DNA of 64,000 bases, taken from assembly GCA_041746255.1 (NCBI GenBank), contig JBGTHM010000053.1:32001-96000 (forward strand), written 5' to 3'. A model generated the notes under the pieces. It ran no database searches. It was not told where the DNA came from and saw only the letters and a program-made list of their open reading frames with translations. Source of the DNA: Fibrobacteria bacterium. Lineage in GTDB: Bacteria; Fibrobacterota; Fibrobacteria; UBA11236. Of the stretch, positions 19,626 through 30,394 are shown in pieces; within the stretch, counting starts at the first letter, position 1; every line of letters begins with the position of its first letter. Position numbers and translations under genes: made by a program.

Positions 19626-20957
19626 CTAAACGTTCCGTCCGCCCAAAGCGACGTCAGGGGGAAGGCCTGTGATAAGAACTTTGTCCACCCGGTTGCCGTC
19701 CATGTCCATCACTTCGAAGGTGAGTCCGTCCGATTGGAATTTGTCGCCGGCGCGGGGTATATGTCCCAGCAAAGTCATGACGAATCCGCCAACGGTTTGG
19801 TATTGGTAGGTATCTTCCTCGGCGAGCTCCCGTAATTTAAGAAGGTCTTTCAAATCCTCCACCGGCAGCATGCCGTCCACCAACCAGGATCCGTCGTCGC
19901 GCTGAAAAGCCTCGGCATCTTCTTCCGGGTTATACATGGTGGCCAAATCACCGACGATATTGTCGAAAATATCGTTCAGCGTCACCAAGCCCTGGAGCCC
20001 GCCATATTCGTCGAATACCAGGGCAATGTGGAATCCGGATTGACGGAATAGTTCGAGGCACTTCAAGGCCGGTATGGTTTCGGGTATGGCCAGGGCTTTT
20101 TTGATATGCGGTTCAATTTCGAAGGGTTTTCCGGAAAGGCAGTCTCCCAGTAAATCCTTGGTGTAGACGATTCCGAGGGTGTTATCGAGATTGTCCCGGC
20201 ATACGGGAAAGCTGGATAGGTGATTGTGCAGGATTTTGCTCCGGTTTTCTTCCGGAGAATCCTCCAAGTCGAGCCAGACCAGGTCGGGCCGAGGAGTCAT
20301 CAGGGTGTTGACCCGTCTTTCGCTCAGTTCGAAGACGCTTTCCACCATGTTTTTCTGGGCCTCATGAAAAATGCCGGCCTGGGTGCCCTGGGCCATCATC
20401 ACATTGATTTCATCTTCGCTGACCGGCGGCTCTTCCGCGGCCTTGACCCCCAGAAGTTTGAGAATCAACTCGGTGGAAAAGCCGAGCAAGCCGACCAACG
20501 GCGCAGCGATGCGCGATAAGGTCCGCATGGGTTTAGCCACGTTGCGGGATATTTGTTCCGAATAGGTGAGCGCCAGGCTTTTGGGCACCAACTCTCCCAG
20601 CACCACCTGGAAGTAGGTAACCAATGCCACCACCAGGATAAGGGACATGCCGGTGCTGTATTCCGCCACCAGCGGGTATTGCGCGAACTTCGCTTCCAGG
20701 GTTTTCGCAATGGTGGCGCCGCTGAAAGCGCCTGCCAAGGTGCCGATAGCCGTAATGCCTACCTGGATGGTGGCCAGGAACCGGCTGGGCGAAGTGGCCA
20801 AGTCGAGCGCGACCTGGGCTTTCTTGTCGCCGTCATTGGCTCGTTGCTGAAGCCGGGCTTTGCGTGAAGAGACCACGGCGATTTCGGACATGGCAAAGAC
20901 GCCATTGGCCAATACCAGCAAAAGGATGAACAGGATTTGAAAGGAGATATTTTCCAT
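19626..20957 (-). CDS. HlyC/CorC (CNNM, DUF21-CBS-CorC) family membrane protein
   Basis: NGVFAMSEIA, GELVPK, MTPR, DEYGG..GLVT, TVGGF. Confidence 0.92.
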   Translation of the reverse strand: MENISFQILFILLLVLANGVFAMSEIAVVSSRKARLQQRANDGDKKAQVALDLATSPSRFLATIQVGITAIGTLAGAFSGATIAKTLEAKFAQYPLVAEYSTGMSLILVVALVTYFQVVLGELVPKSLALTYSEQISRNVAKPMRTLSRIAAPLVGLLGFSTELILKLLGVKAAEEPPVSEDEINVMMAQGTQAGIFHEAQKNMVESVFELSERRVNTLMTPRPDLVWLDLEDSPEENRSKILHNHLSSFPVCRDNLDNTLGIVYTKDLLGDCLSGKPFEIEPHIKKALAIPETIPALKCLELFRQSGFHIALVFDEYGGLQGLVTLNDIFDNIVGDLATMYNPEEDAEAFQRDDGSWLVDGMLPVEDLKDLLKLRELAEEDTYQYQTVGGFVMTLLGHIPRAGDKFQSDGLTFEVMDMDGNRVDKVLITGLPPDVALGGRNV

Positions 20958-21237
20958 CAGGCCTGAACTCGAAGGTCAGGTCTGCCCGAACCGGCAGGAT
21001 AGGAAGAGGAAGGCATGTTGGGACTCAGAGTGCGTTTTTGCCTTTGCAAGGCTGTTTTTCAAAGCCCATAGACGTTTCCGGAGCGAGAAATGTAACTATT
21101 ACCCCCTCTCTCTTGCAAGCTGCCTCCCGCCTATCTGGGGAACATTCCATTGGGATACCGGCCTATTTTGCTATAATTATGCGTTTTCCCCTCACATTCT
21201 GCCAAACCTCTGCTCAGAGTGTTAATCGAAGGACCTT

Positions 21238-23061
21238 ATGCATCCGTTTCGGACCCATACCTGCGACCAGTTGAGAAAAGCCCAAGTAGGCGAGACCGTG
21301 CGAATTTCGGGCTGGATTTTCCGCAAGCGCGATCATGGCCAACTCTTGTTCCTGGATATTCGCGACCATTTCGGTATCACCCAGGTTGTCATCCATCCCG
21401 AAAGGGCCTTCTTCGATGAGGCTACCCGGTTACGCTATGAAAGCGTCATCACTATCACGGGTCATGTTGTGGCCCGCACGGAAAACACCATAAACCCCTC
21501 CATGCCCACGGGCGAAATCGAAGTGGTGGCCGACGAGCTGTCGGTACAGTCCTATGCCGATTCCCTGCCATTGCAGGTGGACAGCCTGGAAGATGGGCCC
21601 GAAGAGACGCGTCTGCGCTACCGCTTTCTCGATCTGCGCCGCGAACGCCTGCATCGGAACATTCTCCTTCGCTCGAATATCATCGCCAGCTTGCGCCGGC
21701 GTATGATTGAGGAGAACTTTACCGAATTTCAAACTCCGATTCTGACCAGCAGTTCTCCCGAAGGCGCGCGCGATTACCTGGTGCCCAGTCGCGTGCATCC
21801 GGGCCGGTTCTACGCATTGCCGCAGGCGCCTCAGCAATTCAAGCAATTGCTGATGGTCTCGGGCTTCGATAGGTATTTTCAAATTGCGCCCTGCTTCCGC
21901 GACGAGGACGCGCGCGCCGACCGGTCCCCCGGCGAGTTTTATCAATTGGACATGGAAATGTCTTTCGCCACCCAAGAAGACGTTTTCGCCGTGGTGGAAC
22001 GAGTGCTGCATGGGGTGTTCACCGAATTCTCTTCCAAGAAAATGGACGCTCCGGCTTTCGAGCGCATTCCCTTCGCCGACGCATTGCTCAAATACGGTAC
22101 CGACAAGCCCGACTTGCGCATACCCATTGAGATTCGGGACTTCAGCGCGCTTTTCGCGGAGTCCTCGTTCAACGCTTTCAAAACGGGCGTAGCGCATGGC
22201 GCCGTTGTCCGCGCCATACCCGTCAAGTCGGTGGCGAACCAGCCGCGCAGCTTTTTCGACAAGCTGGTGGAATATGCGCAGTCCATCGGGTCCAAAGGCC
22301 TGGCCTATCTGGTATGGAGCGACGAGGCGGTCAAGGGTCCGCTCAACAAATTTCTCACGCCGGAACAGCTCGAAACCCTTCGCGTCGGGAACGGCGTGGA
22401 TAAAGGCGACGCGGTCTTTTTCGTCTGCGACAAGCCCGACGTGGCCGCGAAAATCGCAGGCTTGATCCGCGTCAAACTGGGACGCGACCTGGGCCTTATC
22501 GACGAAGACGTTTTTCGCTTTTGCTGGATCGTGGACTTCCCCATGTTCGAATGGGATGAAGAAACCAAACAGGTGACCTTTTCCCACAATCCTTTTTCCA
22601 TGCCTCAAGGTGGAATGGAAGCCCTGGAAAGCAAGAACCCTCTCGAAATCCTCGCCTATCAATACGATATCGTCTGCAACGGAATTGAATTGTCGAGCGG
22701 CGCGATTCGAAACCACCGTCCCGACATCATGTACCGGGCTTTCGCCATCGCGGGTTACGACCAGGACGCGGTGGAAGCCAAATTCGGGGGCATGCTCAAT
22801 GCCTTCAAGCTGGGCGCCCCTCCGCACGGCGGGATCGCTCCGGGCGTGGACCGCATCGTAATGCTCCTGGCGGGCGAGTCGAACATCCGCGAGGTCATCG
22901 CTTTCCCCATGAATCAAAAAGCCCAGGACTTGATGATGGGTGCGCCCAGCGATGTTGCCGAAAGGCAGCTACGCGAACTGCACATCCAAATCGACCCCAA
23001 GGTGAAGGAACAGCTGCGCAAAGCCAAGGAAGCCGAGGCGGAGGCCGAAGCGGCGCGGTAA
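21238..23061 (+). CDS. aspS: Aspartate--tRNA ligase
   Basis: [49 protein letters not shown]. Confidence 0.98.
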   Translation: MHPFRTHTCDQLRKAQVGETVRISGWIFRKRDHGQLLFLDIRDHFGITQVVIHPERAFFDEATRLRYESVITITGHVVARTENTINPSMPTGEIEVVADELSVQSYADSLPLQVDSLEDGPEETRLRYRFLDLRRERLHRNILLRSNIIASLRRRMIEENFTEFQTPILTSSSPEGARDYLVPSRVHPGRFYALPQAPQQFKQLLMVSGFDRYFQIAPCFRDEDARADRSPGEFYQLDMEMSFATQEDVFAVVERVLHGVFTEFSSKKMDAPAFERIPFADALLKYGTDKPDLRIPIEIRDFSALFAESSFNAFKTGVAHGAVVRAIPVKSVANQPRSFFDKLVEYAQSIGSKGLAYLVWSDEAVKGPLNKFLTPEQLETLRVGNGVDKGDAVFFVCDKPDVAAKIAGLIRVKLGRDLGLIDEDVFRFCWIVDFPMFEWDEETKQVTFSHNPFSMPQGGMEALESKNPLEILAYQYDIVCNGIELSSGAIRNHRPDIMYRAFAIAGYDQDAVEAKFGGMLNAFKLGAPPHGGIAPGVDRIVMLLAGESNIREVIAFPMNQKAQDLMMGAPSDVAERQLRELHIQIDPKVKEQLRKAKEAEAEAEAAR

Positions 23062-23102
23062 AGGGCGGCGGGACGGTGCGTTGAAGCCTTCCGCAGTTCC
23101 TT

Positions 23103-23438
23103 TCAGCGGATGCGATGGACTTCGTCCACCTTTTCGGCGGTGGCTTGAAAAAGATAGCGCCGCTCTTCGCTGTTTACACGGAAGGTATGCACTACCGTGA
23201 AGCGGATCGAGTCGACGGGGCTGATCTCATTCCATTGCAAGGCCTCATAGGCGCACAAATCCGTAGGCGCACATATTTCCCGCTGAATACGTTCGACCAC
23301 TGCCTTTTTAACCTCAGAAATCCGCCGTTCGTTTCCTCTTTCGGATAAAATATTCCCCACCATTTCCGCTCTACGGGGCAGGAAATAAAAGACCACGACG
23401 GCGCCAGCTAACAGGGCCACGATTAGTTTACTCGGCAT
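23103..23438 (-). CDS. Small hypothetical protein with N-terminal membrane anchor
   Basis: TAAGGAGG SD; hydrophobic N-terminus. Confidence 0.6.
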   Translation of the reverse strand: MPSKLIVALLAGAVVVFYFLPRRAEMVGNILSERGNERRISEVKKAVVERIQREICAPTDLCAYEALQWNEISPVDSIRFTVVHTFRVNSEERRYLFQATAEKVDEVHRIR

Positions 23439-23535
23439 TTGGGCCTCCTTATTCCGGATCGATTATAGGGTAGGCCCGTCCTTAGTTCAATTCGGTTTGG
23501 CGGGAGAATGACCCATTTCCGAATCGAAACGGCTA

Positions 23536-23564
23536 TTGACTTTACTTTAGAATCATTCTAAATT
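23536..23564 (+). promoter_or_regulatory. Sigma70-like promoter overlapped by a PerR/Fur-like palindrome
   Basis: TTGACT-17-TAAATT. Perfect palindrome TTTAGAAT-C-ATTCTAAA (23546-23562) resembles the PerR box TTATAATnATTATAA and lies upstream of ahpC-dps. Confidence 0.7.
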
Positions 23565-23592
23565 TGGAGAAAACCCAACCTCGGAGGAATCC

Positions 23593-24180
23593 ATGAGCCT
23601 TGTCACGCAAACCGCTCCTGACTTTACCGCCAAAGCCGTCATGCCCGATAACTCCATTCGAGAAATCGCATTGTCGGAATACCAGGGTAAATACGTGTTT
23701 CTGTATTTCTTTCCCCTGGCCTTTACTTTCGTCTGCCCGACCGAAATCATTGCTTTCGATAAAAAACTTAAAGAATTCAAGGATCGCAACTGCGAAGTGA
23801 TCGGAGTTTCCGTGGATTCGCACCATACTTTGCTGGCTTGGAAGAATACCCCCATAAATGAGGGTGGTATCGGCAATATCAAGCATCCCGTCGTAGCGGA
23901 CTTAAGCAAAAATATCGCCCGGGCTTATGGGATCCTCTACCAGGATGAGGTGGCTCTGCGGGGACAATACCTCATCGATAAAAACGGGGTGGTGAGGCAT
24001 GAATTGGTCAATGATTTACCCCTTGGCCGCAGCGTGGACGAAGCCTTGCGTCTGGTGGACGCCTACCAGTATTTCGAGGCTAACGGCGAAGTTTGTCCGG
24101 CAAATTGGCATAAGGGCGACGAGGCCATCCAGGAATCCCGTGAAAGCGTGGCAAAGTATCTCGCCAAGGCTGGATCCTGA
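23593..24180 (+). CDS. ahpC: 2-Cys peroxiredoxin
   Basis: FTFVCPTE and GEVCPANW. Confidence 0.95.
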   Translation: MSLVTQTAPDFTAKAVMPDNSIREIALSEYQGKYVFLYFFPLAFTFVCPTEIIAFDKKLKEFKDRNCEVIGVSVDSHHTLLAWKNTPINEGGIGNIKHPVVADLSKNIARAYGILYQDEVALRGQYLIDKNGVVRHELVNDLPLGRSVDEALRLVDAYQYFEANGEVCPANWHKGDEAIQESRESVAKYLAKAGS

Positions 24181-24209
24181 GCCCTGAATTAACCAATTTA
24201 TAAGACGAT

Positions 24210-24235
24210 GGCGGGTGAGCGGATGCTTACCCGCC
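24210..24235 (+). other. Intergenic stem-loop between ahpC and dps
   Basis: GGCGGGTGAGC-GGAT-GCTTACCCGCC with no U-tract. Confidence 0.5.
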
Positions 24236-24263
24236 GGTAAAGGAAATACGAAAGGTACCCATC

Positions 24264-24731
24264 ATGGAAATCAATGTAGGCATAGCAGAAAAAGACCGCA
24301 AGGAAATCGCGGACGGTCTCTCGCGTCTTTTGGCCGATAGTTATACGCTTTATCTCAAAACCCATAACTTCCATTGGAACGTAACCGGAAAGATGTTTCA
24401 AACATTGCATTTGATGTTCGAAAAGCAATACCAGGAGTTGGCGCTGGCGGTGGATACCATCGCCGAACGCATCCGAGCCCTGGGTTTTCCGGCCCCGGCC
24501 ACGTATGGGGCCTTTACCCGTCTTTCCAAAATCAAGGAACAGGACGGAGTTCCTCCCGCCGAGGAAATGATCAAGTTGTTGGTGCAAGGGCATGAGGCCG
24601 TGGTATCCACCGCGCGGGAATTGTTTCCGGTTTCCGAAAAAGTGCATGACGAGGCTACCGTCGATTTGCTCACGCAGCGCATGCAGATTCACGAAAAGGA
24701 AGCCTGGATGCTGAGAAGTCTGTTGGAATAG
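24264..24731 (+). CDS. dps: Dps family DNA-protection/ferritin-like protein
   Basis: KTHNFHWNVTG, LHLMFE, DTIAERIRALG, HEKEAWML. Confidence 0.97.
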   Translation: MEINVGIAEKDRKEIADGLSRLLADSYTLYLKTHNFHWNVTGKMFQTLHLMFEKQYQELALAVDTIAERIRALGFPAPATYGAFTRLSKIKEQDGVPPAEEMIKLLVQGHEAVVSTARELFPVSEKVHDEATVDLLTQRMQIHEKEAWMLRSLLE

Positions 24732-24765
24732 GGCCTATCGCCGCCAGGCGGAAGAGTCCGGAGGA

Positions 24766-25434
24766 TTAAACCTCGTCCGGACTCACATGCTTCACATTGC
24801 GCGCCTCGACCATGTAAATGACGTCTTCGGAAACGTTGCAGGCATGGTCGGCGATGCGCTCGACGCAACGTGCGGCGCGGATCAGATGGTCCCCGCTCTG
24901 CACGTTTTTTTTGTCTTCGAGCATGAAGTCGATGAACTCGTTGTGTAATTGGTCGAAATATCCGTTTACCATCGATTCGTCCTGGATGACCGACCTCGCC
25001 ATGGCCACGTCGCGGTTGGTAAAGGCCTGGGCGGCTTTTTTGCACATGCGCAGCACATGCTGGGTCATTTTCAAGAAGTTGCCGGAAAGGGAAACGGGGG
25101 GCCTGGAATGCAGGTATAGCGCGCGCTTCGAAAAGGAAACGGCCTCGTCGCCCATGCGCTCCATATCGGTGATGATTTTCTGTACGGTCAATACATAACG
25201 TAAATCGACGGCCAGGGGTTGCTGGAGGGCGAGAATGGAGAAGCATAAGTCGTCGATTTTTACTTCGAGATTGTCGATGATCTCGTCGTTGTAGATGATG
25301 GCCATGATTTCCTCATCGTCCTTGAAGGAGAACATGCACTCGAAGGCTTTTTCCACCTGATGGAGCACAGCCGTATTCATTTCGGTCTGGAGCCGGGTGA
25401 GTTCGTTCAACTTCTCGTGCATTTTGTCTTTCAT
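24766..25434 (-). CDS. phoU: Phosphate signalling protein PhoU
   Basis: QQPLAVDLR, DMERMGD, ERIADHACNVSE. Confidence 0.95.
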   Translation of the reverse strand: MKDKMHEKLNELTRLQTEMNTAVLHQVEKAFECMFSFKDDEEIMAIIYNDEIIDNLEVKIDDLCFSILALQQPLAVDLRYVLTVQKIITDMERMGDEAVSFSKRALYLHSRPPVSLSGNFLKMTQHVLRMCKKAAQAFTNRDVAMARSVIQDESMVNGYFDQLHNEFIDFMLEDKKNVQSGDHLIRAARCVERIADHACNVSEDVIYMVEARNVKHVSPDEV

Positions 25435-25562
25435 GACCTAATCCCCTGCGGACGGCTTGGGTAACCGCTCCGCGTCAATATAAATAAATGCACGACCGCC
25501 GTTCGCTCGATGCGTGGACGGCCTAACTTGTCGCGCTCAGTTAGTAACGCCGCCGGGGCTGT

Positions 25563-26423
25563 TCAACCGAATCGACCGGTGATGTAGTTCTCGGTCAGTT
25601 CTTTATCGGGTTTGCGGAACAGCTGCTCGGTGGTATTGAATTCTACGATTTCCCCGTTCAGAAAAAAAGCCGTATAATCCGAAATACGTCCGGCCTGTTG
25701 CATATTGTGGGTAACGATGATGATGGTATAACGCTCTTTCAGCTCGAGGATCAGGTCTTCGATTTTGCTGGTGGAAATGGGGTCCAACGCCGAAGCCGGT
25801 TCGTCCATGAGGATGATTTCGGGTTTGTTGGCCAAGGTGCGGGCGATGCATAATCGCTGTTGTTGCCCTCCCGAAAGCGACATGGCCGAAGTATGCAACC
25901 TATCCTTGACTTCGCGCCATAAATCGGCTTGCTTCAAAGCCGTTTCGCAAATTTCTTCCAATTCGGCCTTAGTGTGGCTGCCGTGCAGTTTGGGCCCGAA
26001 AGTGATATTGGCGAAAATACTGGTGGGAAAAGGGTTGGAGCGTTGGAATACCATGCCTACCTGTTTGCGCAATTGTTCCAGGTTCAAGGTAGGCACATTG
26101 ATGTCGCGCCCTTCCACTATCACTCTGCCCTGGGTGCGGACTCCTGGAATCACGTCGTTCATGCGGTTGAAGCACCGCAAAAAGGTGGACTTTCCGCACC
26201 CGGAGGGACCTATCAGAGCGGTTACCTTATTGGCAGGAAACCGGACGCTGCAATCCGTGAGGGCATGGTTGTCCCCGTAGTATAAATTGAGGTCCACCGC
26301 CTCCAAGATGGGATTTTCGATTTGGCGCGGCAGGAACGAGTTCTTCGCATCCTGGCGCCGCATTTTCTCCTTATGGGGAGAAGATTCGGTATCGACGGTG
26401 GGTTTGGAAAATTCAGAGTTCAC
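25563..26423 (-). CDS. pstB: Phosphate ABC transporter ATPase
   Basis: [29 protein letters not shown]. Confidence 0.97.
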   Translation of the reverse strand: MNSEFSKPTVDTESSPHKEKMRRQDAKNSFLPRQIENPILEAVDLNLYYGDNHALTDCSVRFPANKVTALIGPSGCGKSTFLRCFNRMNDVIPGVRTQGRVIVEGRDINVPTLNLEQLRKQVGMVFQRSNPFPTSIFANITFGPKLHGSHTKAELEEICETALKQADLWREVKDRLHTSAMSLSGGQQQRLCIARTLANKPEIILMDEPASALDPISTSKIEDLILELKERYTIIIVTHNMQQAGRISDYTAFFLNGEIVEFNTTEQLFRKPDKELTENYITGRFG

Positions 26424-27937
26424 AGTACGGCTCCCTTGTTACGGGTCTTTAAATATTGGCGTAGGAAAATGGCGGCGAAATTGAGGATGAGGACCACTAA
26501 AATAAGAAAGAAGGCGGTGGCGAAAACCATGGGGCGGGCGGCTTCCGCGTTGGGTGACTGGAATCCGGCGTCAAAAATATGGAATCCCAAATGCATGAAC
26601 TTTCGGTCGAGGTGCAAATAAGGGAAGATGCCGTCGAGGGGCGGTTCGCTAACCAACTTGACCACACCCGTCAGCATGAGCGGCGCCACTTCTCCCGCGC
26701 CGCGGCTGATGGCGAGTATAACGCCGGTTAAAATGCCCGGTAAGGCGCCCGGTAGGGTTACCTTCATAAGGGTTTGCAACTGGGTTCCGCCTAAAGCATA
26801 GGAGCTGTCGCGCAAACTACGGGGAACGCTGCGGAGGCCTTCTTCGGTGGAAACCACGACAACGGGAATGGTTAACAGCGCCAAGGTGAGGCTGGCCCAG
26901 AAAAGTCCGCCGGTGCCGAAGGTTGGCGCCGGCAACGTACCGGAATAAAAAAGGTTATCGATGGATCCGCCCACGGTATAGACGAAAAAACCCAGCCCGA
27001 ACATGCCGAATACGATGGAGGGTACGCCCGCCAGATTGTTCATGGCCATGCGCACGAAGCGCACCCAATAGAGGTTGCGGGCGTATTCATTCATGTAAAC
27101 CGCAACCAATACGCCGATGGGAACCACTACCACCGTCATAATCATAACCAGCATGACGGTGCCTATGAGGGCGGGATAGATGCCGCCTTCGGTATTCGAC
27201 TCGCGGGGTTCGTCCCAGATGAATCTCCAGAAATTGGCGAGGAAGGAAGCCGATTTTGCCAAGACGTTCATCCGGTTGGGCGCCTCCAGCGACACGACGT
27301 TTCCCAGGGCGATGATTTGTTCCTCGCCCTTGCTGGTGGTCATTACCAATTGGAAGGCGCGGACTTTTTCGTCGATAACCGCCATTTCCCTTTCCAGGTT
27401 TCCGAGCTTTTCAGGGTCCGACTGGTTTTGGTAAAGAGGAACGGCTTTGTGCAACAGGTTTTTCCGTTCCGCAATCAAGTCGTGAACGAGTGCCAACTGC
27501 TCCCGCATCGGTTTCGTAACCGGTTCCGTTCGCGCCGAAAGTTCGATGTCGTTGCCGGGGACTATCAGGCGCAGGGGAATGCCGTAGAAATCGCCGTGGG
27601 TGCGGCGCTCCAAGCGCATCAAGTGATCGAGGGGCTCCATGGACCTGACCTGGTCGCCGGGAATCCAAATATAGTCGGCTCCCAATAAATCGCGGTTGCC
27701 GACCTTTACCTGGTATTCCACTCCGGTTTGGGTTTCCAGCGTCCGGCTCAGGCTACCGATATGCGTTTCGCCCTCGGCGGTTTCGAATTGATAGATGGTA
27801 TTGGGCCAAAAGTGCATGAAGGTCTGGGCGGTGATTAGCAGCAGCGTGGCCGCCATCAGTAAGATGCAGGCGAATACCGCGAAGCTCAGCATCGAGAGCG
27901 AGCCGAACTGCCTTTGTCTGGGGGAAAGTAAGCGCAT
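26420..27937 (-). CDS. pstA: Phosphate ABC permease, long form
   Basis: [29 protein letters not shown]. Confidence 0.93.
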   Translation of the reverse strand: MRLLSPRQRQFGSLSMLSFAVFACILLMAATLLLITAQTFMHFWPNTIYQFETAEGETHIGSLSRTLETQTGVEYQVKVGNRDLLGADYIWIPGDQVRSMEPLDHLMRLERRTHGDFYGIPLRLIVPGNDIELSARTEPVTKPMREQLALVHDLIAERKNLLHKAVPLYQNQSDPEKLGNLEREMAVIDEKVRAFQLVMTTSKGEEQIIALGNVVSLEAPNRMNVLAKSASFLANFWRFIWDEPRESNTEGGIYPALIGTVMLVMIMTVVVVPIGVLVAVYMNEYARNLYWVRFVRMAMNNLAGVPSIVFGMFGLGFFVYTVGGSIDNLFYSGTLPAPTFGTGGLFWASLTLALLTIPVVVVSTEEGLRSVPRSLRDSSYALGGTQLQTLMKVTLPGALPGILTGVILAISRGAGEVAPLMLTGVVKLVSEPPLDGIFPYLHLDRKFMHLGFHIFDAGFQSPNAEAARPMVFATAFFLILVVLILNFAAIFLRQYLKTRNKGAVL

Positions 27938-27948
27938 GCGATGGGCCT

Positions 27949-30384
27949 TCAGGTCGAGCTGCCGAATCTCTTCTTAAGGTGATTGGAATAAACGTCGGCG
28001 ATAAGGTTCAAAACGAAGGTGAAGCAGAACAGCAGGAACCCTACCAGAAATAGGATGCGATACAGGGTTTCTCCATGGGGCGCTTCCGGAATCTCGATGG
28101 CTATGGTGGCCGACATGCTGCGCATGCCGGTGAAGAGGCTGGGATCAAGAATCGGGGTATTGCCCGAAGCCATGAGCACAATCATGGTTTCGCCGACCGC
28201 CCGGCCGAGTCCGATGATAATGGCGACAAAGATGCCCGGCGACGCGGCAATCAATACCACGCGTACGATGGTTTGCCATTTGCTTGCGCCCAGGGCCCTG
28301 GAGGCCGAAATGAGGCTGGGCGGAACATTGGACAAGGCATCTTCGGCCAGGGTAAAAATTACGGGTATGACGGCGAATCCCAGGGCTATTCCGATGAGCA
28401 CGCCATTGCGGGTGTCGAAACGAAAACCTAGGGTTTCTGCGAGAAAGTTGGAAAAACTGCCCTTAAAGTAAGCGGCGTCCAACGCCGATTCCAGAGGAAA
28501 GCAAAGCAGGAACAAGGCCGTGAAGGAACCGAAGAAAACCCAGGTGCTGAGCACGGGATCGTTGAGCCAGCGCGCCAATTTCGGCCAGAACCCCTGCGAG
28601 CGATTTTCGTCTCCGAGCGACAGAATGGCCCCGAGACCGAAAAGCAGCAGGGGCGCCAGGCCGAAGAACAGGAAGAACCATAATAAATGGTCTTTGAGCC
28701 AGGGGGCGAGGACGATTCCCGCCAGGAAACCGATGACCACGCTCGGTACGGAACCCGTTAACTCGATGGCCGGCTTCACCACGCTCTTGAGCCGCTTGGG
28801 CGCGAAGTGACTGATATAAATGGCGGCCCCGACCGAGAGCGGTACGGAAAAGAGCAGGGCGAACAGGGTGCCTTTCAGAGTTCCGAATATAAGCGGAATG
28901 AGACTGACTTTATGTTGGAACTCATCGTTGCCGGCGGAGGATTGCCAGGAAAGTTCCCGGGAAGCGTACCCTTCATATTGTACGGGAGAGAATATCGCCG
29001 CCAGGGTGAAATCGGGATGGGGATCGTGGATATCGACCAGCAAAACCTCTTCGGCGGAGGCTTGGGTCGCGCGCGGAAGCCCCATGATTCTTTTGCCCTG
29101 GGGATCAAGAATAACCGGACCTTTTAAGCCTTCCAGAAATTTTTCCAGGCGTTTTTTTCCCGTGGTCGTTTCATAAATCGAGGCGGTACGACCGTTTTCT
29201 TCGGTTGTAAGCAGGATGAAATTGCGGGATAAGGGATAAGGAAGGATGTGAAAGCCTCCGGGTTGCATTTCCGTATCGGACTGGCTGGGCGTCCAGCGAT
29301 GAACGGCTTCGTAACGACGGCCTCCGTGCGGCTGGGCTATGGGCGATAGGGCGGATAGCTGCAGATTACCCTGGTGTTTGGCGGCGACGACGAAGGTTTG
29401 ATCTCCGAAAATCGGGGTGAGGGAAAGAATTTCGCCTTGAAATTTCCACTTATCCTCGAGCTCGATTCCGTCTTCGTTGATTTGATAGAGGTAAAGCCAG
29501 TCCTGGTTATCGGAAACCAGCAGACGGACTCCGGATTGGGTAAGGGCGGCAAGCTTGATTCCGCTCACCTCTTCCAGTACGGTTTGATCGCGGACGCCTT
29601 CCATGTCGTAATCGAAAAAAAGCAGGGTGGAAACCGTTTCTTCGGCATGCTTATAGGCCACGAATAACAAGGGTCCGGCCGCCTCGGACTCCCTCGCCTG
29701 CAGCGTAATAGGCTCTACCAGAGACGCTCCAATTGCGAGCGAGTCTCTCCCGCCGGCGAGTAAGTCGATGGTTTCGCTGGCATGAAACTCTGGAAATATC
29801 AAAGTGGCCGATTCGGCGAAATCGTTCCGGTAGCTCACTTTCACCAGCCCTACCCGCCCGTTGTCGGTAAGATAGGCGAAAAGAGATTGCCGTGAATCCG
29901 CGTATCCACGCACCAGCCGCTCGTTTTCCTCCAGTTCAATCTGGAAGCTGGAAGCCTGGCCTTCTACGGGCAGTAGGTGAGCGCTTCCCGGACCTCTTTT
30001 ATTGGTGACAGGCCGAACTTCGAGCTTCCCATCCGAAAAAAGTTGTGCGATCAGACTTTGCTGCGGTCCCATGGCGAAGGCGAGGGAGGCATCGGATGGC
30101 ACGGACTCGAGTGGCACCTCCGTCTCCGCCGTGGGGCCCAAGAGAGCGGTACGCGGCTGAGCTAATTTGGGACCCTTGAATAAGGGTATTACCTGCATTC
30201 CCATATAGACGAAAATCGCCAAAACGCATAAAACCGTGAAGCTACCCCCGACTTTTATCACTCCGGTGAAAACCCGGTCGAGATAATGTCGGGGAGACAA
30301 CTTGTGGGATATTTCCGGTCCCTTTCCCTTTTCGGGGGACGCCTGGGGCGATGGGGCCGAGGTAGTGTTTTCGGGAGCGGTCAT
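27949..30384 (-). CDS. pstC: Phosphate ABC permease with large beta-rich insertion
   Basis: SLIPLIFGTLK, PSVVIG, GRAVGETM, MASGN. Confidence 0.9.
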   Translation of the reverse strand: MTAPENTTSAPSPQASPEKGKGPEISHKLSPRHYLDRVFTGVIKVGGSFTVLCVLAIFVYMGMQVIPLFKGPKLAQPRTALLGPTAETEVPLESVPSDASLAFAMGPQQSLIAQLFSDGKLEVRPVTNKRGPGSAHLLPVEGQASSFQIELEENERLVRGYADSRQSLFAYLTDNGRVGLVKVSYRNDFAESATLIFPEFHASETIDLLAGGRDSLAIGASLVEPITLQARESEAAGPLLFVAYKHAEETVSTLLFFDYDMEGVRDQTVLEEVSGIKLAALTQSGVRLLVSDNQDWLYLYQINEDGIELEDKWKFQGEILSLTPIFGDQTFVVAAKHQGNLQLSALSPIAQPHGGRRYEAVHRWTPSQSDTEMQPGGFHILPYPLSRNFILLTTEENGRTASIYETTTGKKRLEKFLEGLKGPVILDPQGKRIMGLPRATQASAEEVLLVDIHDPHPDFTLAAIFSPVQYEGYASRELSWQSSAGNDEFQHKVSLIPLIFGTLKGTLFALLFSVPLSVGAAIYISHFAPKRLKSVVKPAIELTGSVPSVVIGFLAGIVLAPWLKDHLLWFFLFFGLAPLLLFGLGAILSLGDENRSQGFWPKLARWLNDPVLSTWVFFGSFTALFLLCFPLESALDAAYFKGSFSNFLAETLGFRFDTRNGVLIGIALGFAVIPVIFTLAEDALSNVPPSLISASRALGASKWQTIVRVVLIAASPGIFVAIIIGLGRAVGETMIVLMASGNTPILDPSLFTGMRSMSATIAIEIPEAPHGETLYRILFLVGFLLFCFTFVLNLIADVYSNHLKKRFGSST

Positions 30385-30394
30385 ACCGGTATGA

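Noticed and set aside
21430..22917. 495-aa ORF antisense to aspS
   Set aside because: Shadow ORF of a GC-rich conserved gene; no motifs of its own.
27949..30384. Unusually long PstC and PstA
   Set aside because: Long-form Pst permeases are already known, for example the Pseudomonas type.
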